Assembly (NCBI GenBank): GCA_965248195.1
Contig: CBDFIQ010000001.1
Coordinates: 256,001 to 320,000 of the forward strand
DNA from: Longimicrobiales bacterium
Lineage (GTDB): Bacteria > Gemmatimonadota > Gemmatimonadetes > Longimicrobiales > Gaopeijiaceae
DNA: 64,000 bases
Direction: 5' to 3'
The position numbers were made by a program, and so were the translations under genes. A model generated the notes under the pieces. That model made no database searches and was not told the origin of the DNA. It was given only the letters and a program-made list of their open reading frames with translations. Positions 18,879-27,949 of this stretch are shown here, piece after piece; the stretch's first letter is position 1, and each line of letters starts with the position of its first letter.

Positions 18879-20321
18879 ATGGCCTCGATAGGGCAACTCG
18901 TGCGATACGACGGCCGGGCGGCGGCGATGCTCTGCGCCCTCCTGGCGGTGGTTCCTTTCGCAGCGGACGCACAAGACCGTTATCCCGTAGATTGGGAGCC
19001 CGTCGCTGCGGAATCGATGGAGTATTTCCTGGACCTGCTGCGCACCGATACCAGCAATCCGCCCGGTAACGAATCGGAAGCCGCAAGGTACCTTCAACGA
19101 GTGCTCCAACAGGAGGGCATCGAGGCCGAACTGTTCGCACTCGACCCGACGCGCGCGAATCTGGTCGCGCGGCTTCGTGGTAACGGCACCAAGCAGCCGA
19201 TTCTGATCATGGGCCACACCGACGTCGTCGGCGTGCAGCCCGAAAATTGGTCCGTCGATCCGTTTGGTGCAGTGGCCAAGGATGGATACATCTACGGTCG
19301 CGGAGCGCTTGACGATAAGGACAACGTTACGGCGGCGTTGATGCTGATGTTGTTGCTGCGGCGCGCCGAGGTCGAGCTCGACCGGGATGTGATTTTTCTT
19401 GCCGAGGCGGGCGAAGAGGGGACGACGAGATTCGGCATCGACTACATGATCGAGCAGCATTGGGACCAGATTGCGGCTGAGTTTTGTCTCGCCGAGGGCG
19501 GAGAGACGGTGATGCGCGACGGCGTGGTAGACCACGTCAAGATCGCGACCACCGAGAAGTTTCCGATGCGGGCTCGGCTGGTTGCCCGGGGGACGGCAGG
19601 CCACGGGTCGATCCCGAGACTCGACAACGCGGTCTCGGCACTGGCGAGAGCCGTGGGGCGACTCGCCGCGTGGCAGTCGCCGCTTCGTCTGAATGAGACG
19701 ACACAAGCCTATTTTTACCGCCTGGGTGAAATCAGCGCGCCGGAGGAAGCCGCCCGTTACCAGGGCGTGCTCGACCCCGAGCAGCAGCCACGAATCGATC
19801 GCTATTTCGCCGAGCACGAGCCGCAACACTATTCCCTGTTGCGCACATCCGTCGTGCCGACGATGCTGAGTGCTGGCTTTCGCCGGAACGTGATTCCATC
19901 CGAAGCCGAGGCCACGCTCGACATCCGCGGATTGCCCGACGAGAATCCGGAGGAGTTCTTTCGTGACCTCGCGGGCGTGATCAATGATCCGAATGTCGAG
20001 ATCATCCCGGCAGAGATCAACCGGCCGGCGAGCCCGCCTTCCAGTCTCGAGACGGAGATGTTTCAGGCCTTGGAGGGTGTCACCACCCGCCTCTTTCCGA
20101 ATGCCGCGACACTGCCTGCAATGCTCAACGGAGCCACGGACATGGCACAGGTCCGCGCGCAGGGAACGCAGTGCTACGGCTTCGGCGCGGTTCGGACCGA
20201 GGAAGACATTGTTGGGGGTGGCGGGGCGCATGGTGACGACGAACGCCTCATGGAGGGCTCATTGCTGAGCCTTATTCAGTTTCTGTGGTACGCCGTCGTC
20301 GAAGTGGCCGCCAGCGAATGA
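18879..20321 (+). CDS. Secreted M20/M25/M40 family metallo-hydrolase
   Basis: NPPGNE, GHTDVV, YGRGALDDK, AGEEG, GHGS, GATD, AHGDDE motifs; signal-like N-terminus. Confidence 0.88.
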   Translation: MASIGQLVRYDGRAAAMLCALLAVVPFAADAQDRYPVDWEPVAAESMEYFLDLLRTDTSNPPGNESEAARYLQRVLQQEGIEAELFALDPTRANLVARLRGNGTKQPILIMGHTDVVGVQPENWSVDPFGAVAKDGYIYGRGALDDKDNVTAALMLMLLLRRAEVELDRDVIFLAEAGEEGTTRFGIDYMIEQHWDQIAAEFCLAEGGETVMRDGVVDHVKIATTEKFPMRARLVARGTAGHGSIPRLDNAVSALARAVGRLAAWQSPLRLNETTQAYFYRLGEISAPEEAARYQGVLDPEQQPRIDRYFAEHEPQHYSLLRTSVVPTMLSAGFRRNVIPSEAEATLDIRGLPDENPEEFFRDLAGVINDPNVEIIPAEINRPASPPSSLETEMFQALEGVTTRLFPNAATLPAMLNGATDMAQVRAQGTQCYGFGAVRTEEDIVGGGGAHGDDERLMEGSLLSLIQFLWYAVVEVAASE

Positions 20322-21706
20322 AGCGACGAGCTCCCATCGGATTGGATCGCCGAGAAGCCCTCAAGCTGGGCGCCGCCGGCCTCGGCCTTGCTGCTGTAGG
20401 AACGTCAGCCGGACGCACCATCGAGTCCCATGCGGGGACCTCCGGCCCGTCGCCGGATCTGGGCCAGGCGCCGGTGGAGCTCTTCTCGGCTCCCCCGATG
20501 GACCAGGTCCGCATCGGATTCGTGGGCGTGGGCCTCCAGGGAAGCGCGCACGTCAGGAACCTGCTAGAGATCGAGGGCTGCGTCATCCAGGCCGTGTGCG
20601 ACATCGTTCCCGAGAAGGTCGAGCGCCTCCAGGATCGGGTCGAGGAGGCCGGCTTCCCACGTCCGACAGGGTACACCCGGGGTGAGCGGGACTTCGAGCG
20701 GCTCTGCCAGGAGGAGGAGCTGGACTTGGTGTACAACGCGACTCCCTGGGAGTGGCACGTGCCCATCTGCACGTCCGCCATGGAGAATGGCAAGCATGCG
20801 GCCACGGAGGTTCCGGCGGCCTACACGCTTGAGGACTGCTGGAAGCTCGTCGAGTACGCGGAGAAGTACGAGAAGCACTGCTCCATGATGGAAAACGTCA
20901 ACTACGGACGGATGGAGATGTTTGCCTTCAACCTCGTCCGGCAGGGTTTGCTGGGCGAGATCCTGCACGCGGAGGGCGGCTACCTGCACGATCTGCGGGC
21001 CATCAAGTTCGAGGACCAGGATGAGGGGCTCTGGCGGCGGGCTCACGCCATGCAGCGGAACGGCAATCTCTACCCGACGCACGGGCTCGGCCCCATCGCC
21101 AACTGCATGGACATCAACCGAGGCGATCGGTTCGCCACCCTGGTCTCGATGAGCAGCCCCTCCAGGGGCCTCCAGGAGTGGGCGGAGACGCACTACCCGG
21201 CGGATCATCCGAAGCGGCAGGAGGCCTACGTCCTCGGCGACGTGAGCACGACCATGATCAAAACGGCGCTGGGACGCACGCTCTACGTGGGCCACGACAC
21301 CAACCTTCCCCGGCCGTACAGCCGCATCCATCAGATCCAGGGGACCAAGGGCATCTTCCAGGGATATCCGGACCGCGTCTACGTGGAGGGGGTGAGCGAA
21401 CCCCACGCTTGGGACGAGGCCGAGAAGTGGCTCGAGGAGTACGAGCATCCGCTCTGGAGAGAGATGGAAGAGCGCTCGCAGGGCGCAGGACACGGCGGCA
21501 TGGACTTCATGGAGAACTACCGCCTCATCAAGTGTCTGCGTGAGGGACTCCCCACGGACATGAACGTCTACGATGCCGTAGCGCTCAGTGCCGTGACGCC
21601 CCTGTCCGAGTGGTCCGTGGCGAACGGGAGCCGGCCCGTGGAGTTTCCGGACTTCACGCGTGGGCGGTGGCAGTCCTGGCCGGAGCTGGGTCTGGTAACG
21701 GCGTAG
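20318..21706 (+). CDS. Tat-exported GH109 (Gfo/Idh/MocA-fold, NAD+-dependent) alpha-N-acetylgalactosaminidase-like glycosidase
   Basis: ATGA overlap with the upstream gene; Tat motif DRREALK; ATPWEWH, ATEVPAA, MMENVNY, YLHDLR, GNLYPTHGLGP, PRPYSR, GHGGMDF, DFTRGRW. Confidence 0.88.
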   Translation: MKRRAPIGLDRREALKLGAAGLGLAAVGTSAGRTIESHAGTSGPSPDLGQAPVELFSAPPMDQVRIGFVGVGLQGSAHVRNLLEIEGCVIQAVCDIVPEKVERLQDRVEEAGFPRPTGYTRGERDFERLCQEEELDLVYNATPWEWHVPICTSAMENGKHAATEVPAAYTLEDCWKLVEYAEKYEKHCSMMENVNYGRMEMFAFNLVRQGLLGEILHAEGGYLHDLRAIKFEDQDEGLWRRAHAMQRNGNLYPTHGLGPIANCMDINRGDRFATLVSMSSPSRGLQEWAETHYPADHPKRQEAYVLGDVSTTMIKTALGRTLYVGHDTNLPRPYSRIHQIQGTKGIFQGYPDRVYVEGVSEPHAWDEAEKWLEEYEHPLWREMEERSQGAGHGGMDFMENYRLIKCLREGLPTDMNVYDAVALSAVTPLSEWSVANGSRPVEFPDFTRGRWQSWPELGLVTA

Positions 21707-21722
21707 CTGCGGAGACGTAGCC

Positions 21723-22940
21723 TTGGGCGAACATTCCCACGGAGCTCCGTCGGGGCTTTTCGAGGACCGGTTCGGCCACCCCGGGGCCTTCGTCGTACAA
21801 GCCCCCGGTCGTGTGAACCTCATCGGCGAGCACATCGATTACGCCCTGCTCCCTGTCCTTCCCATGGCTATCCAGCTCCGCACTACGCTGACGGTGCGGC
21901 CCCGGGAGGATCGTCACGTGCGACTGACCAACGCCGATCCATCGTACACCGACGTCGAGCTGGCACTGTCGGCGGACCTAGAGCCGGGTACGCCCCATGA
22001 CTGGGGCGACTATGCACGTGGTGTCGCACATGCACTGGTTCGCGAGTACGGGATCAGCGCCGGCGCCGATATCGCAGTGGAGTCCGACCTGCCGGTCGCC
22101 GCCGGCCTCAGCTCCTCCTCGGCCCTCTCGTGCGGCGTGGCCCTGGCGCTCCTCGCGGCGAACGGTCGCGGCATCGACCGGGTGGAGTTGGCGGAGGTCG
22201 TGGCCCGGGCAGAGCGGTATACGGGCACCCAGGGTGGCGGAATGGACCAGGCGGCCATCCTCTGCGCTCAAGCTGGGCATGCCCTCGGCGTGAGCTTCGC
22301 TCCCCTGCACATCCGTCCGTTGTCCATGCCGGAGGATTGGGTTTTCCTCGTCGCCCAAAGCGGCAGCGTGGCGGAGAAGTCCGGCCCGGCGCAGGCCACA
22401 TACAATGCCCGGACGCGCGAGTGTCGAGAGGCGCTCGTGACGGTGTGGGCCGCACTTGGGAAGGGTGAGCCGCTGGAGAGGGACTACCGCCCGCTTCTGG
22501 AGGCTGCGGATCCGGAACACCTGCTGCGAGTGGGAGGGGATGCGCTCGGGCCAATCCTTCTGGCACGATTTCGCCATACACTTTCCGAAGCGCTGCGCGT
22601 ATCGGAGGCCGAGGAGGCGTTGAGCGTGAGCGACCTGGGCACATTCGGTCGCGCCATGGACGCCTCTCACGAGAGCCTTCGGGATGATTACCAGGTCAGC
22701 ACGCCGGAGCTCGACCGCATCGTCGACCTCGCACGGGAGGCGGGCGCGGCGGGGGCGCGTCTCACCGGAGCAGGACTCGGCGGCTCGGCTCTCATCCTGT
22801 GTACGGAGGCTGCGGAGTCGGCGGTTCGGGAAGCCCTCGAAGCTGGGTACTCCAGGCAAAGGGGAGACCCATCGGGAGAAGCGGCGGTCTTCAGAGCAGC
22901 TCCCTCGGGGGGAGCCACGGTGGGGACCGCAGTGGTTTGA
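21723..22940 (+). CDS. galK: GHMP-family galactokinase-type sugar-1-kinase, GALK2 (GalNAc kinase)-like
   Basis: APGRVNLIGEHIDY, PVAAGLSSSSAL, AERYTGTQGGGMDQ, SHESLRDDYQVSTPELD, GARLTGAGLGG; TTG start. Confidence 0.85.
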   Translation: MGEHSHGAPSGLFEDRFGHPGAFVVQAPGRVNLIGEHIDYALLPVLPMAIQLRTTLTVRPREDRHVRLTNADPSYTDVELALSADLEPGTPHDWGDYARGVAHALVREYGISAGADIAVESDLPVAAGLSSSSALSCGVALALLAANGRGIDRVELAEVVARAERYTGTQGGGMDQAAILCAQAGHALGVSFAPLHIRPLSMPEDWVFLVAQSGSVAEKSGPAQATYNARTRECREALVTVWAALGKGEPLERDYRPLLEAADPEHLLRVGGDALGPILLARFRHTLSEALRVSEAEEALSVSDLGTFGRAMDASHESLRDDYQVSTPELDRIVDLAREAGAAGARLTGAGLGGSALILCTEAAESAVREALEAGYSRQRGDPSGEAAVFRAAPSGGATVGTAVV

Positions 22941-23073
22941 CGACTCCGTCGATCCGTCCAATCCGTGCACGGAGGGTTTGCGCCGGGGAGCCCCGAGAGC
23001 AAGTGGCCCGAGGCTCCAGATGTCGTATGATGAGGGAAGATACAGACCCTCACTCGCCCCTCGGGAGCGTCCA

Positions 23074-25719
23074 ATGAATCCGAAGCGCCTTTGCGTCCGA
23101 CTCACGCTCCTTCTGCTAGCATCAGTCATCGCCGGATCGGCGTTGGTCCCCACGCACGCCACGGGACAGCAGATCCCCTCCCCCGTGACCTTCTTCGGCT
23201 TCGAGATGGGTGCCGACCGCAAGCTCGCCCGGTGGGACAAGCTCGTGGAGTACTACAACCTCCTGGGGGAGCAGAGTCCACGCCTCGAGGTTGTCAACAT
23301 GGGGCCCACGACCATGGGTCACCCGTTCCTGGCCCTCTACCTGTCTTCTCCCGAGAACCTGGCTCGCCTCGACGAGCTCAAGCAGATCAACGCCACGCTC
23401 AGCGACCCCAGGGGAGTGCCGCAGTCGGAAATCGACCGTGCCATCTCAGAGGGGAAGGCGGTGGTGGTCCAGTCCATGTGCCTCCACTCCACCGAGGTGG
23501 CATCGGGACAGATGACCGCGGAGCTCATGTACGATCTCGTGACGCGCACCGACGAAGAGGTCATGCGCATCCTGGACAACACCATCGGCATCATGATTCC
23601 GTGCTTCAATCCCGATGGTGAGGTGATGGTCGTCGACTGGTATAACGAGACCGTCGGCACCGAGTACGAGGGAGTGGGCCCCCCGCGGCTGTACCACAAG
23701 TACATCGGCCACGACAACAATCGGGACGCGTTCATGGCCAACACGGTGGAGTCCCAGTACGGGGCCGAGATCATTTTCCGTGAGTGGGTGCCCCAAGCCT
23801 ACGTCGACCACCACCAGATGGGCGCGTATGGAGCCCGGATCTACGTACCGCCCTACGCCGAGCCGGTCCGTCCCTCGGCGGATCCCCTGGTGTGGAGGGA
23901 GATGAGTTGGTACGGAGCCCACATCGCCTATAAGGAAGAGGAGGCCGGCCGGGCTGGTGTGGTGAACGCCGCCATTTACTCCGGGTGGGGCCATTTCGGG
24001 TTCCACTGGATCACGCCCTTCCACAACATCGCGGGGATGCTCACGGAGTCGGCCAGTGCCCGTCTGGCGACACCGCTCTTCCTGCATCCCGATCAGCTCC
24101 AGGGGTCGCAGAGGGGCCTACCCGAATACGAGGAGCAGACTTCGTTCCCCAACCCCTGGCCGGGGGGCTGGTGGCGCGTGCGCGACATCGTGGAGCAGCA
24201 GAAGATCGCGGCCATCGCCACGCTGGACATCGCGGCGCGGCATCGTGAGACGGTCCTCACGAACGCGTACCTGAAGGCCACGCGGCAGACGGAGCGGGGG
24301 GCGGCGGGGAAACCGGCTGCGTTCGTGATCCCCGTCGACCAACACGACCCCCTCACTGCACAGAAGATGGTCAACAAGCTTCTAGGGCAGGGGATCGACG
24401 TGCAGCGGGCTGGCCGGGATTTCACGCACGAGGGCCGCGTATACGGAGCCGGCACCTTCGTGGTGTCCATGGCGCAGCCCAAGATGGGCGTCATCCGCTG
24501 GCTTCTGGGACGCACCTTCTATCCCGACAACTCCTACACGCGCAATCGAGACGGCAGCCCCATCCAACCCTACGACATGTCTACGGACAACATGGCGGAA
24601 TTTATGGGTGTGCGCGTGGATGCGGTCGACGAGGCCGTAGAGGCGAGGCTCACCAAGGTGTCCGCCGTCATCGAGCCCGCCGGCCGGGTAGCCGTGGGTC
24701 GGTTCGGATACGTGCTCGATGGACGACTGAACGACAGCTTCGAGGCGGTGAACTTGTTGCTCGCGGCCAACGTGGGGGTGCGGCGCGTGGATCGACCGGC
24801 GGACGAGAGCCTTCGTCCCGGTGACTTTCTGGTGGAGGCCGGTGCGCCGGCTGCGACCGTGGCCGACGTGGCCCGCCAGACGGGCGTGGACTTCGTGGCG
24901 CTCGATACCGAGGCGACGTCCGATAGCCGACCCCTGACGCAGCTCCGGATCGGGATGTACCAGCGTTACTACGGGGGCAACATGGACGAGGGATGGACGC
25001 GCTGGCTGCTGGAGGACTTCAGCTTCCCGTACGCCACCCTCATGGACGCCGAGATCATGGATGGGGACCTGCACGACGACTACGACGTGATCATCCTTCC
25101 GGCCGACGGCGTGGCGCGGATGACGGGTGAGCAGAGCGCACAGGGCGGACCTGGAGGCGGGGTTCAGACCTACCCGGAGGAGTACCGCAGCGGCTTCGGG
25201 CAGGACGGGGTGGACGCCCTGGAGGCCTTCGTGGAGAATGGCGGTACGCTGGTTACGTTTGCGGAGGCGGGAGCGCTTCCCATCGAGAAATTCGGGCTCC
25301 CCGTTCGGAACGTGAGGGAGGGGCTGTCCTCCACTGAGTTCTGGTCACCGGGCTCGACGCTGAGGGTGAACATCGACAACACGCACCCCCTGGCCTACGG
25401 CATGCCCGACCAGGGCCTGGCCACATTCCTGGGCAACAACCACGTGTACCAAATCGTCGCGACGCCACGAAACGAACGGGCCGACCGGATCGTGACGTTC
25501 GTGGATCGCGACGTCTTGCAGAGCGGGTGGCTGCTCGGGGAGGAGGTCATCACAAACAAGGCGGCCATGGTCTCAGTGGAGCACGGCCAAGGGAGGGTCG
25601 TTCTCATCGGCTTCCGTGCGCAGCACCGAGCGCAGACGCACGGGACGTTCAAGTTGCTGTTCAACACGCTCGTGGGCGACCCGGACGGGGGGGCCGATCT
25701 CGCCTTGGACGGAGGATGA
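23074..25719 (+). CDS. Secreted M14 zinc carboxypeptidase with a C-terminal glutamine-amidotransferase-like domain
   Basis: Signal peptide; LHSTE (HxxE), NPDG, HDNNRD, DHHQMG; C-terminal MDEGWTRW, DVIILP, GFRAQHRAQ. Confidence 0.85.
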   Translation: MNPKRLCVRLTLLLLASVIAGSALVPTHATGQQIPSPVTFFGFEMGADRKLARWDKLVEYYNLLGEQSPRLEVVNMGPTTMGHPFLALYLSSPENLARLDELKQINATLSDPRGVPQSEIDRAISEGKAVVVQSMCLHSTEVASGQMTAELMYDLVTRTDEEVMRILDNTIGIMIPCFNPDGEVMVVDWYNETVGTEYEGVGPPRLYHKYIGHDNNRDAFMANTVESQYGAEIIFREWVPQAYVDHHQMGAYGARIYVPPYAEPVRPSADPLVWREMSWYGAHIAYKEEEAGRAGVVNAAIYSGWGHFGFHWITPFHNIAGMLTESASARLATPLFLHPDQLQGSQRGLPEYEEQTSFPNPWPGGWWRVRDIVEQQKIAAIATLDIAARHRETVLTNAYLKATRQTERGAAGKPAAFVIPVDQHDPLTAQKMVNKLLGQGIDVQRAGRDFTHEGRVYGAGTFVVSMAQPKMGVIRWLLGRTFYPDNSYTRNRDGSPIQPYDMSTDNMAEFMGVRVDAVDEAVEARLTKVSAVIEPAGRVAVGRFGYVLDGRLNDSFEAVNLLLAANVGVRRVDRPADESLRPGDFLVEAGAPAATVADVARQTGVDFVALDTEATSDSRPLTQLRIGMYQRYYGGNMDEGWTRWLLEDFSFPYATLMDAEIMDGDLHDDYDVIILPADGVARMTGEQSAQGGPGGGVQTYPEEYRSGFGQDGVDALEAFVENGGTLVTFAEAGALPIEKFGLPVRNVREGLSSTEFWSPGSTLRVNIDNTHPLAYGMPDQGLATFLGNNHVYQIVATPRNERADRIVTFVDRDVLQSGWLLGEEVITNKAAMVSVEHGQGRVVLIGFRAQHRAQTHGTFKLLFNTLVGDPDGGADLALDGG

Positions 25720-25864
25720 CCCTCATGAGCCACACTACTTGGGGTTTTCCGTCGGTCGGGTCAGGGGTCAGGACGGGGGAATAGGTTCCGCGCTTGACGG
25801 GTGGCCCGCTCCGGGTCTACGGTGGCCATCCGAAGCCGCTAGCGGCCACTCACCGGAGGCCCGT

Positions 25865-25928
25865 ATGACGTGGGTCTCCTCCGCAGCCGCGATGGGTTCT
25901 GCTTTCGAGGGTGCCCGTCTGGGCGAGT
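25865..25928 (+). repeat. ~65-bp direct-repeat copy of the 5' part of the amidase gene (partner at 39650..39715)
   Basis: atgacgtgggtctcctccgcagccgcgatgggtt--ctgctttcgagggtgcccgtctgggcgagt vs atggcgtgggcctcctccgcagccgcgatgggttccctgctttcgagggtgcccgtctgggcgagt: two substitutions and a 2-bp indel. Confidence 0.9.
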
Positions 25929-26035
25929 TCCAACGTGAGACCCGCGACCACCACACTTTGAGATCAGCTTGCCGGGGTCAAGCGCCGCCTCCCATCCCAA
26001 GACGAAGATCGCAAACGCATAAACGCAATGATGAG

Positions 26036-27492
26036 GATGGTGTCCCGCTGACAGTTGAAGGTGGTGGCTCCGGAGAGTCTCCTTGTTAGCCTGCCTTTCT
26101 CATTTCGGCAACCGGTTCATGGTCGTCGAGGTGGGCCCTGAGCATCCAGAGCTGGTCGTAGCCGATGATCCTCCGGTAGCTCTTCTCGGTCTCCACGAAC
26201 GAGGCCGCAGCCCAGCGCAAGGCCATCGCTCCGTTCTTCCAGTTGGTCACCCTGCGGGTCTTCTGTCTTACGCCCGAGTGGGTGCTGTCGATCAGGTTGG
26301 TCGAGCCCAGGCACTTCCTCAGCCGCGGCGGGAGGCCGAGCCGGTTGATCGTGAACATCTCGCTGAGGCCTTCGCGTAGGCTGGCCGAGGCCGAGGGGTG
26401 GTCGCGCTCGAGCCATCGGGCGAGCTGCTCGAGCTTCTGCTCGCCCTGCTTCGCGTCCAGCTTCATCGCCGCCCGGAACGCCGCCTTCACCTGAGGATGC
26501 TGATCCTTCGGCAGATGACCCAGCACGTTGCGGAGCTTGTGGTTGCGGCAGCGCTGGATGGGGTGACGTTGGCCGAACACCTTCTCGATCGCCTTCCTGA
26601 GCGCTTTCGAGCCATCGATCACGAACAGCCGCCGCCTGCCCGGGTCCAGGCCGCGCTCGACCAGATCCTCTAGGAGCGCGCTGGTCACCTCGGCGTTCTC
26701 ACTCGCTCCTTCCCTCACGCCCAGCACGTGCTTCTTTCCGTCTGAGTCCACGCCTACCGCAGCAAGCACGTGGTGCGAGCCCATCTGGATCCCGTCCAGG
26801 TAGATCACCAGGAGGTCCCACGCATCCAGCCGGCGCTCCATCAGCTCCTTCAGCACGCGCTCCGAGGCCTCGACCGTCTCACGGCTCACCGCCGACTTGC
26901 TCACCCCGACCGTGTCGGCCATCTCACCGATCACACGGCCGTACTTCCGCGTGCTCACCCCCGCCATCAGGACCTCGAGCATCCGATCCGCCACGGCGCC
27001 CGGTCTCCGCATCGCTGCGTACGCCGGCACCTCGACCTCGCCACCCTCCCCGGCGCCCCGGCGCCTGAGCCGTGGCCGCTCCACACGCACCTTCCGGTCC
27101 GACAGGTAAACCACACCACCCTGCCGGCCATACCACACCGTGTCGTCTTCCGCTCGTGACCGACCTGCCTGCTTCACGCCTGCCACACCCTCGGCGCTCA
27201 TCTCCAGCACCGCTTCGATCGTCGCTCGTCCCATCACCTGGATGACTTCGTCGATCGCGACCTCCGTCTGCTCCACGAGCTCAAGCATCGGAAGCAGAAA
27301 CTGCCCCTCCCGCTTCAGGAACTCCCTGATCGCGCGCTTGTCCGCCCGATCCCTTACCTCGTACGTTCTCTTCATCGTGGTGGCTCCGTGTTGGGGTTTT
27401 TGCCTACCCGAGCCTATCGGCCCGGGACCCCCGGAGCCACCACTTCTCTTTCTCCCCTATCAGGAACCTTCAACTACGGTTGGGACAGCTTC
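26036..27492 (-). mobile_element. IS256-family insertion sequence A (1457 bp)
   Basis: Imperfect terminal inverted repeats GATGGTGTCCCGCTGACAGTTGAAGGT / GAAGCTGTCCCAACCGTAGTTGAAGGT; 8-bp target duplication ATGATGAG at 26028-26035 and 27493-27500. Confidence 0.92.
26086..27375 (-). CDS. IS256-family (Mutator-type DDE) transposase
   Basis: GVSTRK, SKSAVSR, YLDG, GKKHVLG..G.SEN, VIDGSKAL, QRCRNHK.RN, STNLID. Confidence 0.92.
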   Translation of the reverse strand: MKRTYEVRDRADKRAIREFLKREGQFLLPMLELVEQTEVAIDEVIQVMGRATIEAVLEMSAEGVAGVKQAGRSRAEDDTVWYGRQGGVVYLSDRKVRVERPRLRRRGAGEGGEVEVPAYAAMRRPGAVADRMLEVLMAGVSTRKYGRVIGEMADTVGVSKSAVSRETVEASERVLKELMERRLDAWDLLVIYLDGIQMGSHHVLAAVGVDSDGKKHVLGVREGASENAEVTSALLEDLVERGLDPGRRRLFVIDGSKALRKAIEKVFGQRHPIQRCRNHKLRNVLGHLPKDQHPQVKAAFRAAMKLDAKQGEQKLEQLARWLERDHPSASASLREGLSEMFTINRLGLPPRLRKCLGSTNLIDSTHSGVRQKTRRVTNWKNGAMALRWAAASFVETEKSYRRIIGYDQLWMLRAHLDDHEPVAEMRKAG

Positions 27493-27949
27493 ATGATGAG
27501 AGCGAGTAGCCCTGTGACCGCGACTAGCCAGACTACCCTCCCCAGCCTAACCAGGTCGAAAGGCCATGCCACTCGCTCCACGCTCGCTGCCGTCGCCCGC
27601 TCGAGGAGTTCCTGATAGTGAGCGTCCGCCTCCTCCACGCGCGGCCGGAGGTCCGCCTGCTGCCGCTCCCACTCCTCCTGCATGAGGCCGAGCGTCTCCC
27701 ATGGCTCCAAGTCCCCGACCGGATCGACCGGTTCCGTCATGAATTCGCGTAGCCTCGTCCGTTGGAGGCCGACGAGGTCGGCCAGCGCTTCCTGTTTCAC
27801 GATGGGCTCGCCGTCGACCACCACGTAGATTGGCGCGGAGTGCGCGATCGTCATGTCTCTATTCGCCTGCTTCGCACCCCACGCCCGAATAGCTAGCCAC
27901 TGGCTTCGATCGGCAGGGATCTCAGTCCGCAACGTGATCCGATTCCGCC

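Noticed and set aside
18792..23240. Long minus-strand ORFs 18792..20231, 20564..21835 and 21978..23240
   Set aside because: Antisense to well-supported genes and without recognisable motifs.
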